From positions 156,422-220,421 of the forward strand of contig CAWFTI010000001.1 of the NCBI GenBank assembly GCA_963818745.1: DNA of 64,000 nt. Direction: 5' to 3'. Positions 37,304 to 47,387 of this stretch are shown piece after piece. The notes beneath the pieces were generated by a model. That model worked only from the letters and a program-made list of their open reading frames with translations. It made no database searches and was not told the DNA's origin. The translations under genes and the position numbers were made by a program. Positions within the stretch are counted from its first letter, which is position 1. Each line of letters opens with the position of its first letter. The DNA is from Thermoplasmatota archaeon (GTDB lineage Archaea; Thermoplasmatota; Thermoplasmata; UBA10834).

Positions 37304-38257
37304 CTATTTGTGACTTCCTTTGCGACGAGCCGCGTTCGCCTCTATGTGGGCGAGCCTGGTCGGTTCGGGGATCCGCGATTTGAGGAAACGCTTCGTGATC
37401 TCGAGGGTTTCCTTCGAGGAGATTCGGTGCCCCGGGGAGACAAATACCGGTTTGGACCCTTCCCCGATGCGGTATCCGACGACCCTGCCATTCATGACAA
37501 CGCGATTCGGGCCACGGATCGTGCCACAGAGCAGCTTCTTGGCGACCCCTATGGAGGGGACATCGAACACCACACCCGCATGACTGGCTACACCGAAGCC
37601 GTCAGGATGTAGGATGCCGTTACCATCGTACATCAGGACCGTGCGGTCGTCCAGGAGATCCATCAAAGGAGCGACCAGCGGCAACTCCCTGAAGGCCAGG
37701 TATGTCGGGATGTACGGGAACCGGGCATCGCCCTCCATCACGACCCGCTCAAGCTCTCGTCCCGTGCGAAAATCGAACACTACCATGGCGGCGTAGCCGT
37801 GCTCCCCTTGGTAGGATATGTCGACGCCAGCGACCTTCTCGAGCTCCTCCCCCGTGCTCTTCGAACTGAGCCGCTTCCTGAGCGACAGCTGCCTCTTCCT
37901 GAGCTTTCTGAGCGGGTGCGACGAGACGAAGTCCTTGAAAAGCACGTCCTCAAGGTTCTGAACCTTGTTCCTCTTGATCTCGATGCCCTCTCCTCTGAGC
38001 AGCCTTATCTTCTTCGTCGGCCCGCCGCCCGTGTAGCCGCCGATCGCGCCATCCGATTGTACCACACGTCTGCAGGGCACCCTGACGATGTCGTCGTTCC
38101 TGCTCATCGCGAGCCCCACGAACCGGCTTGCGACGATGTCCCCGAGGGCTTCCGCGACAGCACCATAAGTCGTGACCTTTCCCAACGGGACTTGCGCGAC
38201 CAAGTCGTAGGTCTCCTTCCAGAGATCCGGGAGCGAGCCCAGTGGTTCCTGGTGCAT
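37304..38257 (-). CDS. Fusion protein: O6-alkylguanine-DNA alkyltransferase-like DNA-binding domain plus endonuclease V
   Basis: aa 1-95: VPLGKVTTYGAVAEALG...VPCRRVVQSDGAIGGYTGG (MGMT C-terminal domain, with PCRR instead of PCHR). aa ~130-317: VAGVDISY...PYIPTYLAFRELP...MYDGNGILHPDGFGVASHAGV...IGVAKK (EndoV). Confidence 0.85.
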   Translation of the reverse strand: MHQEPLGSLPDLWKETYDLVAQVPLGKVTTYGAVAEALGDIVASRFVGLAMSRNDDIVRVPCRRVVQSDGAIGGYTGGGPTKKIRLLRGEGIEIKRNKVQNLEDVLFKDFVSSHPLRKLRKRQLSLRKRLSSKSTGEELEKVAGVDISYQGEHGYAAMVVFDFRTGRELERVVMEGDARFPYIPTYLAFRELPLVAPLMDLLDDRTVLMYDGNGILHPDGFGVASHAGVVFDVPSIGVAKKLLCGTIRGPNRVVMNGRVVGYRIGEGSKPVFVSPGHRISSKETLEITKRFLKSRIPEPTRLAHIEANAARRKGSHK

Positions 38258-38291
38258 TGACTAACCCACGGCACCAGGAAGTATTTAATGC

Positions 38292-39338
38292 GTGGGCAGA
38301 CAACTACGTCGAGCGATGGAGAGCCAGGCACTCAGGAGATACTACGCCATACTCGAGGGTGATGAGAGGGCAAGGTACCTGATGACCAAGGAGGTCCCGG
38401 TCGATGCCTCTTTGGGCGGGGACGAGGACACGCTCTGGGCAGCTCACGACAAGGGGCTCCGCGAGCCAACAGGCAGGAATGGACAGACCTTGATGGACGT
38501 CAAGGTCGAGCTGGCCGATCGGATGCTCAGCGACTGCAGATTGTGCGAAAGAGAATGCGGGGCTGACCGAAAGGCTGGCGAGAGAGGGCACTGCGGGGTG
38601 CTAGGGCCGAGAATAAGCAGCGAGTTCATCCACATGGGAGAAGAGCCCGACCTTGTGCCGTCCTACACCATCTTCTTCTCGGGGTGCACATTCAACTGTG
38701 TCTACTGCCAGAACTGGGACATCAGCACGAGGCCCGATGCCGGGACCGAGATCAGCCCGAAGACGTTGGCCAGGATGATAGAGTCGAAGGATCCGCGATT
38801 CGGAGGCGGACGAGCGTCGTCTGCATTCTCCGGACACGCGAAGAACATCAATTGGGTCGGGGGAGACCCCACATCGAACCTTCCGTTCGTACTCGAAACC
38901 CTGAATGAATGCCGGGCCAACCTGCCGCAGGTCTGGAACTCGAACATGTACCTGACGGAGAAGTCGATGAGGCTCCTAGACGGCATTGTCGATGTGTACC
39001 TTTCCGACTTCAAGTACGGGAACGACGAGTGCGCGCAGCTACTGTCGAATGCTGCGCGATACACCTCCATCGTGAAGAGGAACCACATCATCGCAAGGTC
39101 TCAGGCCGAGATGATCATAAGACACCTCGTCCTCCCTGGACACCTGGATTGCTGCACGCGCCCAGTGCTCACTTGGATCGCCGAGAACCTGGCGGACGTC
39201 AAGGTGAACGTCATGGCGCAGTATCGACCGGAACACAGGGCGAAGGAGTTCCCAGGCATCTCCAGGAGCCTACGGCTCGGGGAATACGAGAGCGCAGTGC
39301 GGCTCGCGGATGACCTGGGCCTGGACCTGTGCGACTAG
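38292..39338 (+). CDS. Radical SAM protein, PflX/pyruvate formate-lyase-activase-related
   Basis: N-terminal CRLCERECGADR...GHCG plus the radical SAM motif GCTFNCVYCQNWDIS. Confidence 0.75.
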   Translation: MGRQLRRAMESQALRRYYAILEGDERARYLMTKEVPVDASLGGDEDTLWAAHDKGLREPTGRNGQTLMDVKVELADRMLSDCRLCERECGADRKAGERGHCGVLGPRISSEFIHMGEEPDLVPSYTIFFSGCTFNCVYCQNWDISTRPDAGTEISPKTLARMIESKDPRFGGGRASSAFSGHAKNINWVGGDPTSNLPFVLETLNECRANLPQVWNSNMYLTEKSMRLLDGIVDVYLSDFKYGNDECAQLLSNAARYTSIVKRNHIIARSQAEMIIRHLVLPGHLDCCTRPVLTWIAENLADVKVNVMAQYRPEHRAKEFPGISRSLRLGEYESAVRLADDLGLDLCD

Positions 39339-39348
39339 GCTCAGACCG

Positions 39349-40464
39349 CTACTTGGGCATCTCCTTGACGTAGATGGTCCGCTGCGGGAAGGGTATGTCG
39401 ATGCCTTCTTCCGAGAACCGCTTGTTGATCTCCTTCCTGATGTCGTGCGCGACCCTCCACTTGTTCATGAAGTCGTCGACCCACACGAACACCTTGAACT
39501 CGAGGGCGGACTCGCCGAAGTTGGTGAACCGGACCACTGGCTCTTTCTCCTTTTCCAACACGATATTGGACTGCATCCTCGCAGCCTCGAGCATGATCCT
39601 CTCGACCTTGGCCACATCGGAACCGTAGGCGACTCCGACCACGACGCTTGTCACCGTCCTCCTGTCCGGTTCCGTCAGGTTCACGACCTTGTCGTTCACG
39701 AGCTTGTTGTTCGGGAGCACTATGTAGTCGTTGGCGAAAGTGTCGTAGAGCCTGGTGCTCCTGATGCCGATCTTGTCCACGCGGCAAAGCTCACCCGTCG
39801 GCAGCGTGATGTGGTCCCCTTCGGAGAACGGCCTATCAAGGAGGAGTGCGATCCCGCTGAAGAAGTTCGACAATGCATCCTGCGCCGCGAAGGCGATCAC
39901 CAAGCCCATGACACCGACGCCCGCCAGAAGGAAGGTCACATCGTACCCTAGGTAGGTTATCACGGACATCGCGCCGAAGATCATGATGAGGATGCCGCCG
40001 ATCTTGTCGATGACAGGGATAAGCACATCGTCGATCTCGGAGGCGGTCTTCTGGGAGTACCTCCTGCCCAGGAATATGAGCACTTCCTTGAACACCTTGT
40101 ACGCGACGAAGGTGATGATGACTATCAGCACGATGCCGTAGAGAAGGAATATCTCGCCAATATCGCGCTCGCTGAGGGGAAGGATCGAGAACGAGCTCAC
40201 CAGTCCATAGACGATCACCAGCGCGAAGACGGGTTTCCGCAGGATCTTCAGGATCCTGTCGTCAATGTCGGTCTTGGTCTTCTTCGTGAACATGCGCACG
40301 ACCGGGTCGAACACATACATGAAGACCAGCGCGATGCACGCCCAGATGCCCACGTTGAGCAAGAAGGTCGAGTAGTTGCCGTTGAACGGTTCCGGGAGAG
40401 GATTGTCGAACGTCCCCAAGAGCTTGTTCTTCCCTGGAGCCATCACTCCCCACACAGGGATCAT
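39349..40464 (-). CDS. MscS-family mechanosensitive channel
   Basis: Multiple N-terminal TM helices, then the MscS beta-domain pattern FSEGDHITLPTGELCRVDKIGIRSTRLYDTFANDYIVLPNNKLVNDKVVN. Confidence 0.85.
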   Translation of the reverse strand: MIPVWGVMAPGKNKLLGTFDNPLPEPFNGNYSTFLLNVGIWACIALVFMYVFDPVVRMFTKKTKTDIDDRILKILRKPVFALVIVYGLVSSFSILPLSERDIGEIFLLYGIVLIVIITFVAYKVFKEVLIFLGRRYSQKTASEIDDVLIPVIDKIGGILIMIFGAMSVITYLGYDVTFLLAGVGVMGLVIAFAAQDALSNFFSGIALLLDRPFSEGDHITLPTGELCRVDKIGIRSTRLYDTFANDYIVLPNNKLVNDKVVNLTEPDRRTVTSVVVGVAYGSDVAKVERIMLEAARMQSNIVLEKEKEPVVRFTNFGESALEFKVFVWVDDFMNKWRVAHDIRKEINKRFSEEGIDIPFPQRTIYVKEMPK

Positions 40465-40510
40465 GCTGGTCTCCGCGTGCCCTTCCAGGACGAATGTGTT
40501 GGTCGAGTTC

Positions 40511-40876
40511 TCAAGCTCCGTGAACTGTGAAGAACACCGTCTGATTCACCGTCTGTGTTGTGACCTCGTTGGTGGCCGATACCACCAGCTTGACGGAGGA
40601 TCCCTCATCGGGGCTCAACAGCAGGAACAGCTGGTCGAACTCCGAGCTCCAGCCCTCACCCGCTGAGACGTCGACCGAGAGCTCCAGCAGATAGGACGTG
40701 CTCTCAGGGTTGTACACGAACCATTCGTATTCCACCGAGGCTGATGCTTCACAATCCTGTGTGTGGTCCCCGAGCTCCTCCAGTATCAGGTCTTGGCCCG
40801 CGACCGCCGGGGCGAAGGCAAGGCCGAACATGGCTAGCATTGCGAGCGTTAGGGACACATAGGCGAACTTGGTCAT
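40511..40876 (-). CDS. Small secreted protein, function unknown
   Basis: Signal peptide MTKFAYVSLTLAMLAMFGLAFAPAVAG, followed by beta-rich sequence. Confidence 0.5.
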   Translation of the reverse strand: MTKFAYVSLTLAMLAMFGLAFAPAVAGQDLILEELGDHTQDCEASASVEYEWFVYNPESTSYLLELSVDVSAGEGWSSEFDQLFLLLSPDEGSSVKLVVSATNEVTTQTVNQTVFFTVHGA

Positions 40877-40984
40877 GTTTCTCGAACCCGGAATCCAGAT
40901 TAATGGTCATTATTTAAAGCCTTTCTGACCGCCCGCCGAAACGGTCCTCGAATCACTTAAGTATGGAAATCATAATCAAGTGCC

Positions 40985-41878
40985 GTGGAAGCCGGTCAAG
41001 TACTGGTCATCACCCAGCTTGCCTTGTCTGGCAGCGTATTGGGAGTTGCTTCGTACCTAGACTGGAAGACCAGGAGAGTACGGAACACATACTGGATAAT
41101 CCTGTCCCTGGTCGCGATCCTACTTCTCATGATGAAACTCGCGATCGACGAGAAACCCATCGAGTACGCGCTCATTCTCCTCCCGATCCTGGCCATACTG
41201 TCGGATGTCTATCTGGACTATGAAGGTTCGGGGATGCTTGCGACTCTTGTGCCGGTCGCGAAGTACGCAGTCGCCATCGTCTCGATCGTCGCCATGGCGG
41301 TCATGTGGATGGACGACCAGTACTTCGTTCACCTGATGACCGCGCCGATCATGATGCTCATCGTCGTCCTGATGTACATGGCCGACATAGTCAGAGGGGG
41401 GGCGGACGCGAAGGCGCTCATCGCTCTCTCGATCATGTTCCCGTTCTATCCGGACATCTCGTCCTTCCCCCTTCTGCAATCCGCGCGGTGGTTCGGAGAG
41501 GTCATATTCCCGTTCTCGTTCGTCGTCCTGGTCAACGCCGCGATCATCGTAGCGCTTCTCCCATTGGCGTTCGCGATCAGAAATCTGGCCTCGGGGGAGT
41601 TCAGGTTCCCACAGGCGTTCGTCGGATACAAGATGGACGCCGAAGACGCGAGGAAGAAGTTCGTCTGGCTCATGGAACGGATGGACGAAGGAAAGCACAG
41701 GATATACACGAAACCCCGAAGGGTCGAAGACCTCGGGAAGGAGCTGGATATGCTGGTCGAAGCTGGGCACGAGCGCGTTTGGGTCACGCCCAAGGTGCCG
41801 TTCATCATCCCGATGTTCCTGAGCCTGCTATTCACCGCACTCGTGGGCAACCTGCTTCTGCTGCTCACTCCGTTGTGA
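40985..41878 (+). CDS. A24-family aspartic prepilin/preflagellin peptidase
   Basis: Polytopic membrane protein. The first catalytic Asp is in LDWKTRRVRN and the second in VRGGADAKALIAL (GxGDxK-like). GTG start. Confidence 0.75.
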   Translation: MEAGQVLVITQLALSGSVLGVASYLDWKTRRVRNTYWIILSLVAILLLMMKLAIDEKPIEYALILLPILAILSDVYLDYEGSGMLATLVPVAKYAVAIVSIVAMAVMWMDDQYFVHLMTAPIMMLIVVLMYMADIVRGGADAKALIALSIMFPFYPDISSFPLLQSARWFGEVIFPFSFVVLVNAAIIVALLPLAFAIRNLASGEFRFPQAFVGYKMDAEDARKKFVWLMERMDEGKHRIYTKPRRVEDLGKELDMLVEAGHERVWVTPKVPFIIPMFLSLLFTALVGNLLLLLTPL

Positions 41879-41917
41879 CGCGTGCGAGCGATGCACCGGA
41901 TGTCATCCAGACGAAGG

Positions 41918-42940
41918 TCAGAGCACGAGGTTCAGACCGCTCCCGCACTTGCCGCATCTGCCGTCCTTCAGATCGGTCTCCCCAACCCGGAAACCGTCCC
42001 GCTCAATGACGAGGGCACCGCACTTCGGGCAGAACGTGTCGTCCTTGTCCGCGGCGTACACGTTCCCGAGATACACGAACTCGAGGCCCGCTTTCTTCGC
42101 TGACCTGTAGGCGCTCTCCATGGTGCCGTCGGGAGTACGCGGCGTTTTCGTGAGCTTGTAATCGGGGTGGAACGCGGAGAAGTGAACAGGCACATCCTTT
42201 CTGAGCGAATCGCGCACCCATTCGCAGAACTGCCGAACCTCCTCTTCGGAATCGTTGTGGTCTGGTATGATGAGATATGTCAGCTCGATGTGGATTCCGA
42301 GCTCGAGGGCGACCTCACACGCATTCAGGACCGGTGCGAGCCTTCCGCCGCAGACGCGTTTGTAGAACTCCTCCCTGAAAGCCTTCACGTCGATGTTCAT
42401 CGCGTCGATGACGCCCTTGAGCTCCCTCAGGGGAGCCTCCTGGATGAAGCCGTTCGTGACATAGTTCGTCTTCAATCCCGCCTCGTGAGCTGCCTTCGAC
42501 GCGACCGTTGTGAACTCGTGCCATATGATCGGTTCGTTGTACGTCCACGAGACCGATCTCGCGTTGCTCCTCCGCGCGGATCTCACAACATCGTCAGGTG
42601 TGATCGGCGTCATGTCGAATCCATCGACCTTCGCCCTCGAGATGGTGAAGTTCTGGCAGTGCATGCAGAACAGATTGCACCCAACGCTCCCGAACGAGAG
42701 GGATGTGCTCCCTGGCAAGAAGTGGAACAGTGGCTTCTTCTCGATGGGGTCCGGGTGGATGGACGACGCTAGACCGTAGATGAGGGAATATAGCTTGCCC
42801 CCTCGATGTTCCCTCACGCCGCAAAGGCCGCGCTTGCCCTCGGCGATGAGACAGGAATGGGGACACAGGGCGCATCTGACCTTGTCCCCTTCCGTGGAGT
42901 AGAAGAGAGCTTCATGGCTGCCGCGATCGGAAGTGCTCAT
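41918..42940 (-). CDS. AmmeMemoRadiSam-system radical SAM enzyme
   Basis: VRCALCPHSCLIAEGKRGLCGVR, HPDPIEKKPLFHFLPGS, GCNLFCMHCQNF, and a C-terminal FCPKCG...CGKCG ribbon. This is the characteristic layout of the family. Confidence 0.8.
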   Translation of the reverse strand: MSTSDRGSHEALFYSTEGDKVRCALCPHSCLIAEGKRGLCGVREHRGGKLYSLIYGLASSIHPDPIEKKPLFHFLPGSTSLSFGSVGCNLFCMHCQNFTISRAKVDGFDMTPITPDDVVRSARRSNARSVSWTYNEPIIWHEFTTVASKAAHEAGLKTNYVTNGFIQEAPLRELKGVIDAMNIDVKAFREEFYKRVCGGRLAPVLNACEVALELGIHIELTYLIIPDHNDSEEEVRQFCEWVRDSLRKDVPVHFSAFHPDYKLTKTPRTPDGTMESAYRSAKKAGLEFVYLGNVYAADKDDTFCPKCGALVIERDGFRVGETDLKDGRCGKCGSGLNLVL

Positions 42941-43896
42941 AGCCCAGGTTCTCCAGCTTCTCCCTCTTCCCGTTGTCTATCAGGATGTTCTCCTCGCCGC
43001 TCGTAACCTTGCCTATCACGGTCAGGGGACAGCCGATCTCCTGAGACAGCTTCGCGAGGTCGGCTTCCGCCTCCCGCTTGATCGTGAAGAGGAGTTCGTA
43101 GTCGTCGCCGAAGTTGAGCACGAGGTCCTTCTGACGCTCGGCGTCCTGGAACGCCATCTCGACCTCCTTCGCCCTCGGGATCCTGGCAAGGTCGATCTCG
43201 AATGTCATCCCTGACTTCCTGGACAGCTCGAAGATCGATGCCGAGAGACCGTCCGATATGTCCATGCAGGACGTCGCGAAGCCAGAGGCTCCCAATGCCA
43301 TCCCTTCCCGCAGCCGGGGCCATGGCCTCTTGAGGGCATCCTCGGCCTCCTTCAGGTTCAAGCCCGCGCTTCATCGAGTAGAATCCCGACCCTGCCCTGC
43401 CGAGGTTGCCTGTGACCGCGATGAGGTCCCCCGGCTGGGCGCCCTTCCTCAGCAGTATCTGGTTCTTGGGGACCTCACCGATGGCCGTCCCGCAAAGGAT
43501 GAGGTCGTCGTGCTCCTTCGTGTCCCCGCCGATGATGCTAGTGTTGAACCTGAGCGCGCAATCGTTCATCCCGTCCACCATCTGCTCGAGGAACTCGATC
43601 GGGTGGCCTCTGGTGATACCTATGGCGGTCACGACGCCCAACGGCCTGCCCCCCATCGCTGCGATGTCGCTGAGATTGACTGCTACGATTGACCACCCTA
43701 TGTCGTAGGGCCCCATCCCCTTCGGGATGTGGGTCTTGGTGACCATCATGTCGGTCGTGACGAGGATGTACATGTCGCCCATGGCGATGGCGGCGCAGTC
43801 GTCGCCTATACCGACGGACACGCCACTCTTGACAATCCTATCGATAATCCTGATGGTCTCGCGTTCACCCAGCGTGCCTAGGGTTTTCATGTGCAA
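42912..43896 (-). pseudogene. thiL: Thiamine-monophosphate kinase (AIR-synthase-related) with one frame break
   Basis: GERETIRIIDRIV, GIGDDCAAI, VTTDMMV..THIP, AVNLSDIAAMGG, IIGGDT. The frame changes at about 43361-43368 (aag cgc ggg C ttg aac). It continues as LNLKEAEDALKRPWPRLREG...DISDGLSASI...GDDYELLFT. It overlaps the downstream radical SAM gene by 29 nt. Confidence 0.85.
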
Positions 43897-44013
43897 TACA
43901 CACTCTTACGACATAGATAAGTCTTTTCGGCGCAGCGTCAGGATGTCATTGAGCCACCGTGACAAAATGTAACGTACTAATAGGGGAAGCCCTATTCCAG
44001 CCCGGTAGTCCGG

Positions 44014-45255
44014 ATGAGAGTCGAAGTGCCTTATGGGGATGGCAAGGAGGTCGTCGAGGTCAAGGACGAGAACCTCGGCGAGATCATCTACCCCAAGGAC
44101 CTGCCACCTCTCGAAGAGGACAGGATCCTGCTCGATGCCATCAAGAGCCCGATAAGCTCCCACACCCTCGAGGACTTCGTCGTCAACGGGAAGGAGATCC
44201 TCGTCATCGTCAACGACGCCACCCGACCCACACCGACTGGAAGGATCCTCTCGGCGATACTCCATGTCATCGACGGAAAGAACGTGAAGTACCTCATCGC
44301 CACGGGCATGCACAGAGAACCCACCGAGGAGGAGTACAGGTTCATCTTCGGGGACCTCTACGACCGACTGAAGCCGAGCATATACTGTCACGACGCGAAG
44401 AGAAGCGAGACCGTTTTCCTCGGCACCTCGAAGAACGGCACCGAGCTGCGGCTGAACAGGATGGTGACCGAAGCTGACAGGATCATCGTCATCAGCAGCG
44501 TGGAACCACACTACTTCGCAGGCTACACGGGAGGACGGAAATCCTTCCTTCCAGGGGTCGCGGCGTACGAGACCATCGAGCAGAACCACAAGCTGGCGCT
44601 CAAGATAGAGGCGCAGGCACTGCGGCTGAAGGGGAACCCGGTCCATGAGGACATGGACGAGGTCGTCAGGGCGCTCAAGGACAAACGCATATTCTCCATC
44701 ATGACCGTCCTCGACAAGAACCACAGGATATGCTCCGTATCAGCGGGGGACCTCAGGCAGTCGTTCAGGACGGCCACGAAGAAGGCGGATGAGGTCTTCG
44801 TGGTCAAGCTCAAGAAGAAGGCCGACGTCGTCGTCGCGGTCACCGCGTTCCCGTACGACATCGACCTGTACCAGTCCCAGAAAGCTCTCGACAACGCGAA
44901 GTATGCGGTCAAGGACGGAGGCACGATCATCCTCGTGAGCGCGTGCAGGACCGGGGTCGGCCCCGACACCTTCCTGAACCTCCTGGCGAGCGCCAACACG
45001 CCTAAGGACGCCCTCGAGAAGATCGCGCACACCTACAAGCTCGGGTACCACAAGGCCGCCAAGATGGCCGAGATCGGCCTCAAGTGCGAGATGATGGCGG
45101 TCACCAAGCTCGACCCCGAGACTGCGAAGAAGGCGCACCTTACACCTGTAAGCAGCCTGCAAGAAGCCGTCGACGCGTCCATCCGGAGGATCGGGCCCAA
45201 GTCTAAGGTGACTTTTATTATGGACGCTGTGATTACAGTGCCCAAGGTCCAGTGA
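44014..45255 (+). CDS. larA: LarA-family nickel-pincer-dependent racemase/epimerase (DUF2088)
   Basis: IVNDATRPTPT, ATGMHR, HYFAGYTGGRKSFLPG, GYHKAAKM. Confidence 0.82.
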   Translation: MRVEVPYGDGKEVVEVKDENLGEIIYPKDLPPLEEDRILLDAIKSPISSHTLEDFVVNGKEILVIVNDATRPTPTGRILSAILHVIDGKNVKYLIATGMHREPTEEEYRFIFGDLYDRLKPSIYCHDAKRSETVFLGTSKNGTELRLNRMVTEADRIIVISSVEPHYFAGYTGGRKSFLPGVAAYETIEQNHKLALKIEAQALRLKGNPVHEDMDEVVRALKDKRIFSIMTVLDKNHRICSVSAGDLRQSFRTATKKADEVFVVKLKKKADVVVAVTAFPYDIDLYQSQKALDNAKYAVKDGGTIILVSACRTGVGPDTFLNLLASANTPKDALEKIAHTYKLGYHKAAKMAEIGLKCEMMAVTKLDPETAKKAHLTPVSSLQEAVDASIRRIGPKSKVTFIMDAVITVPKVQ

Positions 45256-45291
45256 GCGCTGACGCGGTTCCGCTCACGAACGGATGATGCC

Positions 45292-46404
45292 ATGGCGAGG
45301 AAGAAGTACATCAAGGCGGAACACGCGAGCAAGCTGGAGAAGGAGATGCTCACCTGCACCTTCTGCGGATTCTGCAAGAGCGTGTGCCCGTACTTCGAGG
45401 ACAACAAATGGGACCCATCCGTCGCGAGGGGCAAGGTCATACTCGCATACGGACTCGTCAGAGGGGAGATCCCTGCGGACGAATCCGTCGTGCAGAGGCT
45501 CGCGCAGTGCACCACGTGCAAGGACTGCGAGAGGCGCTGCCCATCGAACATCAAGGTCGTCGACATCGTCGAGGCCGCAAGGACCGACCTCGCGAAGGCC
45601 GGCCTCGCACTTCCAGCACACAAGAAGATCGCGGAGAACATCAAGAAGACCAAGAATCCCTACGGCGAGACTGCCCAGGTCGATTTCGGCGTCCCCGCGA
45701 AGAAGGCCGAGGTCGGGTACTTCATCGGCTGCACCGCCCGGTACAGGCTCCCCGAGATAGCAAGGCACACGATATCCATCCTGAAGAAGCTCAATGTCGA
45801 CTTCACGCTCCTGGACGAGGTCTGCTGCGGGAGCACCCTCCAGAGGACGGGGCAGGACGAGAAGCTGCTCCCGAAGCTCATCAAGGCGAACCTGGACGCG
45901 ATCAAGAAGCGAGGGGTCAAGAAGGTCATATTCACCTGCGCCGGCTGCCTGAAGATGTTCAAGGAACAGTACCCGAAGTACGCCACCGTCGACTTCGAGG
46001 TCGAGCACCTGGTGCAGTTCCTGGCAAAGCAGGACTTGAAGCTGAAGCCGTTCAACAAGAGGATAACATATCACGACCCCTGCCACATAGGCAGATACCT
46101 GAAGATCTACGAAGAGCCAAGGAAGATACTGCAGTCGATCCCGGGGGCCACGTTCGTCGAGCTCAAGGAGAACAGGGAAACGGCCAGGTGTTGTGGCGGA
46201 GGAGGAGGGGTCCGGGCCGCCGACCCGCAGGCCGCGCAGAGGATCGCCTCCAAGAGGGTCAAGTCCGCATCCGAGGTCGCTGACCTGCTGGTCAGCGCGT
46301 GCCCGTTCTGCGTGACCAACCTGAGGTTCGGCAACGAGCTGATCAAGGCGGATACAGAGATAAGAGACATAGCCGAGCTCGTCGATGACCTACTCATAGC
46401 CTGA
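45292..46404 (+). CDS. Fe-S oxidoreductase with two ferredoxin-type clusters and two CCG domains (HdrD/GlcF/LutA-like)
   Basis: CTFCGFCKSVCP and CTTCKDCERRCP, followed by two CCG-type Cys motifs (EVCCGS, ARCCGGGGG, PCH, CPFC). Confidence 0.78.
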   Translation: MARKKYIKAEHASKLEKEMLTCTFCGFCKSVCPYFEDNKWDPSVARGKVILAYGLVRGEIPADESVVQRLAQCTTCKDCERRCPSNIKVVDIVEAARTDLAKAGLALPAHKKIAENIKKTKNPYGETAQVDFGVPAKKAEVGYFIGCTARYRLPEIARHTISILKKLNVDFTLLDEVCCGSTLQRTGQDEKLLPKLIKANLDAIKKRGVKKVIFTCAGCLKMFKEQYPKYATVDFEVEHLVQFLAKQDLKLKPFNKRITYHDPCHIGRYLKIYEEPRKILQSIPGATFVELKENRETARCCGGGGGVRAADPQAAQRIASKRVKSASEVADLLVSACPFCVTNLRFGNELIKADTEIRDIAELVDDLLIA

Positions 46405-46406
46405 CG

Positions 46407-47294
46407 GTGAGAGGCAGCCGGATGTCCGCAAAGGTTTCTGTTCGGAGGAGCCGCCCCGGGAGCGTGAAGGTGGGCTCGTGCGTCATCAGGTTCGATGTCC
46501 CTAGAGTCATGGGCATTGTGAACACCACGCCCGACTCGTTCTCCGGAGACGGCCTGGCGGGTGACGCCAAGGCCGCCATCAGGAAGGGAGAGCTCATGTT
46601 CTCGTCAGGGGCGGACATCGTCGATATCGGCGGAGAGTCCACAAGGCCCGGCGCGGACGCGGTCTCCCTCGAGACCGAGACTGCGAGGACCATCAAGGTC
46701 GTCGAGGCTCTGGCGGGTAGACATCCGGGACGCGTATCGATAGACACGATGAAGCCACAGGTGGCCGAGCAGGCGCTCTTCTCAGGGGCTTCGATCGTGA
46801 ACGACGTCGGCGGGCTGAGGGACCAGCGGATGATCAGGGTCGTTGCGGAGCATGACGCCTCCGTCATCATCATGCACATGAAGGGAGAGCCGAGGACGAT
46901 GCAGGTCAGGCCGTCGTACAAGGACGTCGTCAAGGAGGTCAAGGCCTTCCTTGAAGACAGGGTTTCGGCAGCGGAAGACGAAGGCGTTGACCCTCGCAGG
47001 ATCATGATAGACCCAGGCATAGGATTCGGCAAGAGCCAGGAACACAACCTCGAGATCCTTGCCAGGCTGCGCGAGTTCAAAGGATTGGGGAAGCCCATAG
47101 TGATCGGGGTCTCCAGGAAGTCCTTCATCGGGCGGATAACCGGGGAGCCCGTCGAGGGCAGGATGGAAGGGTCCCTCGCTGCCGCGGTGCTTGCCGTCAG
47201 GGAGGGAGCGGACATCGTGCGGGTGCACGATGTCCCGGAGACCGTCCGGGCGTTGCAGGTGGCCAGGGAAATCATCACACGGACGGTCACGTGA
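46407..47294 (+). CDS. folP: Dihydropteroate synthase
   Basis: MGIVNTTPDSFSGDG, DIGGESTRPGA, SIDT, NDV, GVSRKSFIG, VRVHDV. Confidence 0.9.
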   Translation: MRGSRMSAKVSVRRSRPGSVKVGSCVIRFDVPRVMGIVNTTPDSFSGDGLAGDAKAAIRKGELMFSSGADIVDIGGESTRPGADAVSLETETARTIKVVEALAGRHPGRVSIDTMKPQVAEQALFSGASIVNDVGGLRDQRMIRVVAEHDASVIIMHMKGEPRTMQVRPSYKDVVKEVKAFLEDRVSAAEDEGVDPRRIMIDPGIGFGKSQEHNLEILARLREFKGLGKPIVIGVSRKSFIGRITGEPVEGRMEGSLAAAVLAVREGADIVRVHDVPETVRALQVAREIITRTVT

Positions 47295-47387
47295 GATTCC
47301 TGAGACCGGCCTGGGCGTCCCGCCGGATTAACGGCGCTATCATAGAAGGTATATAGCGGCCGCTCGATTCCCGACCGCAATTGGGCA

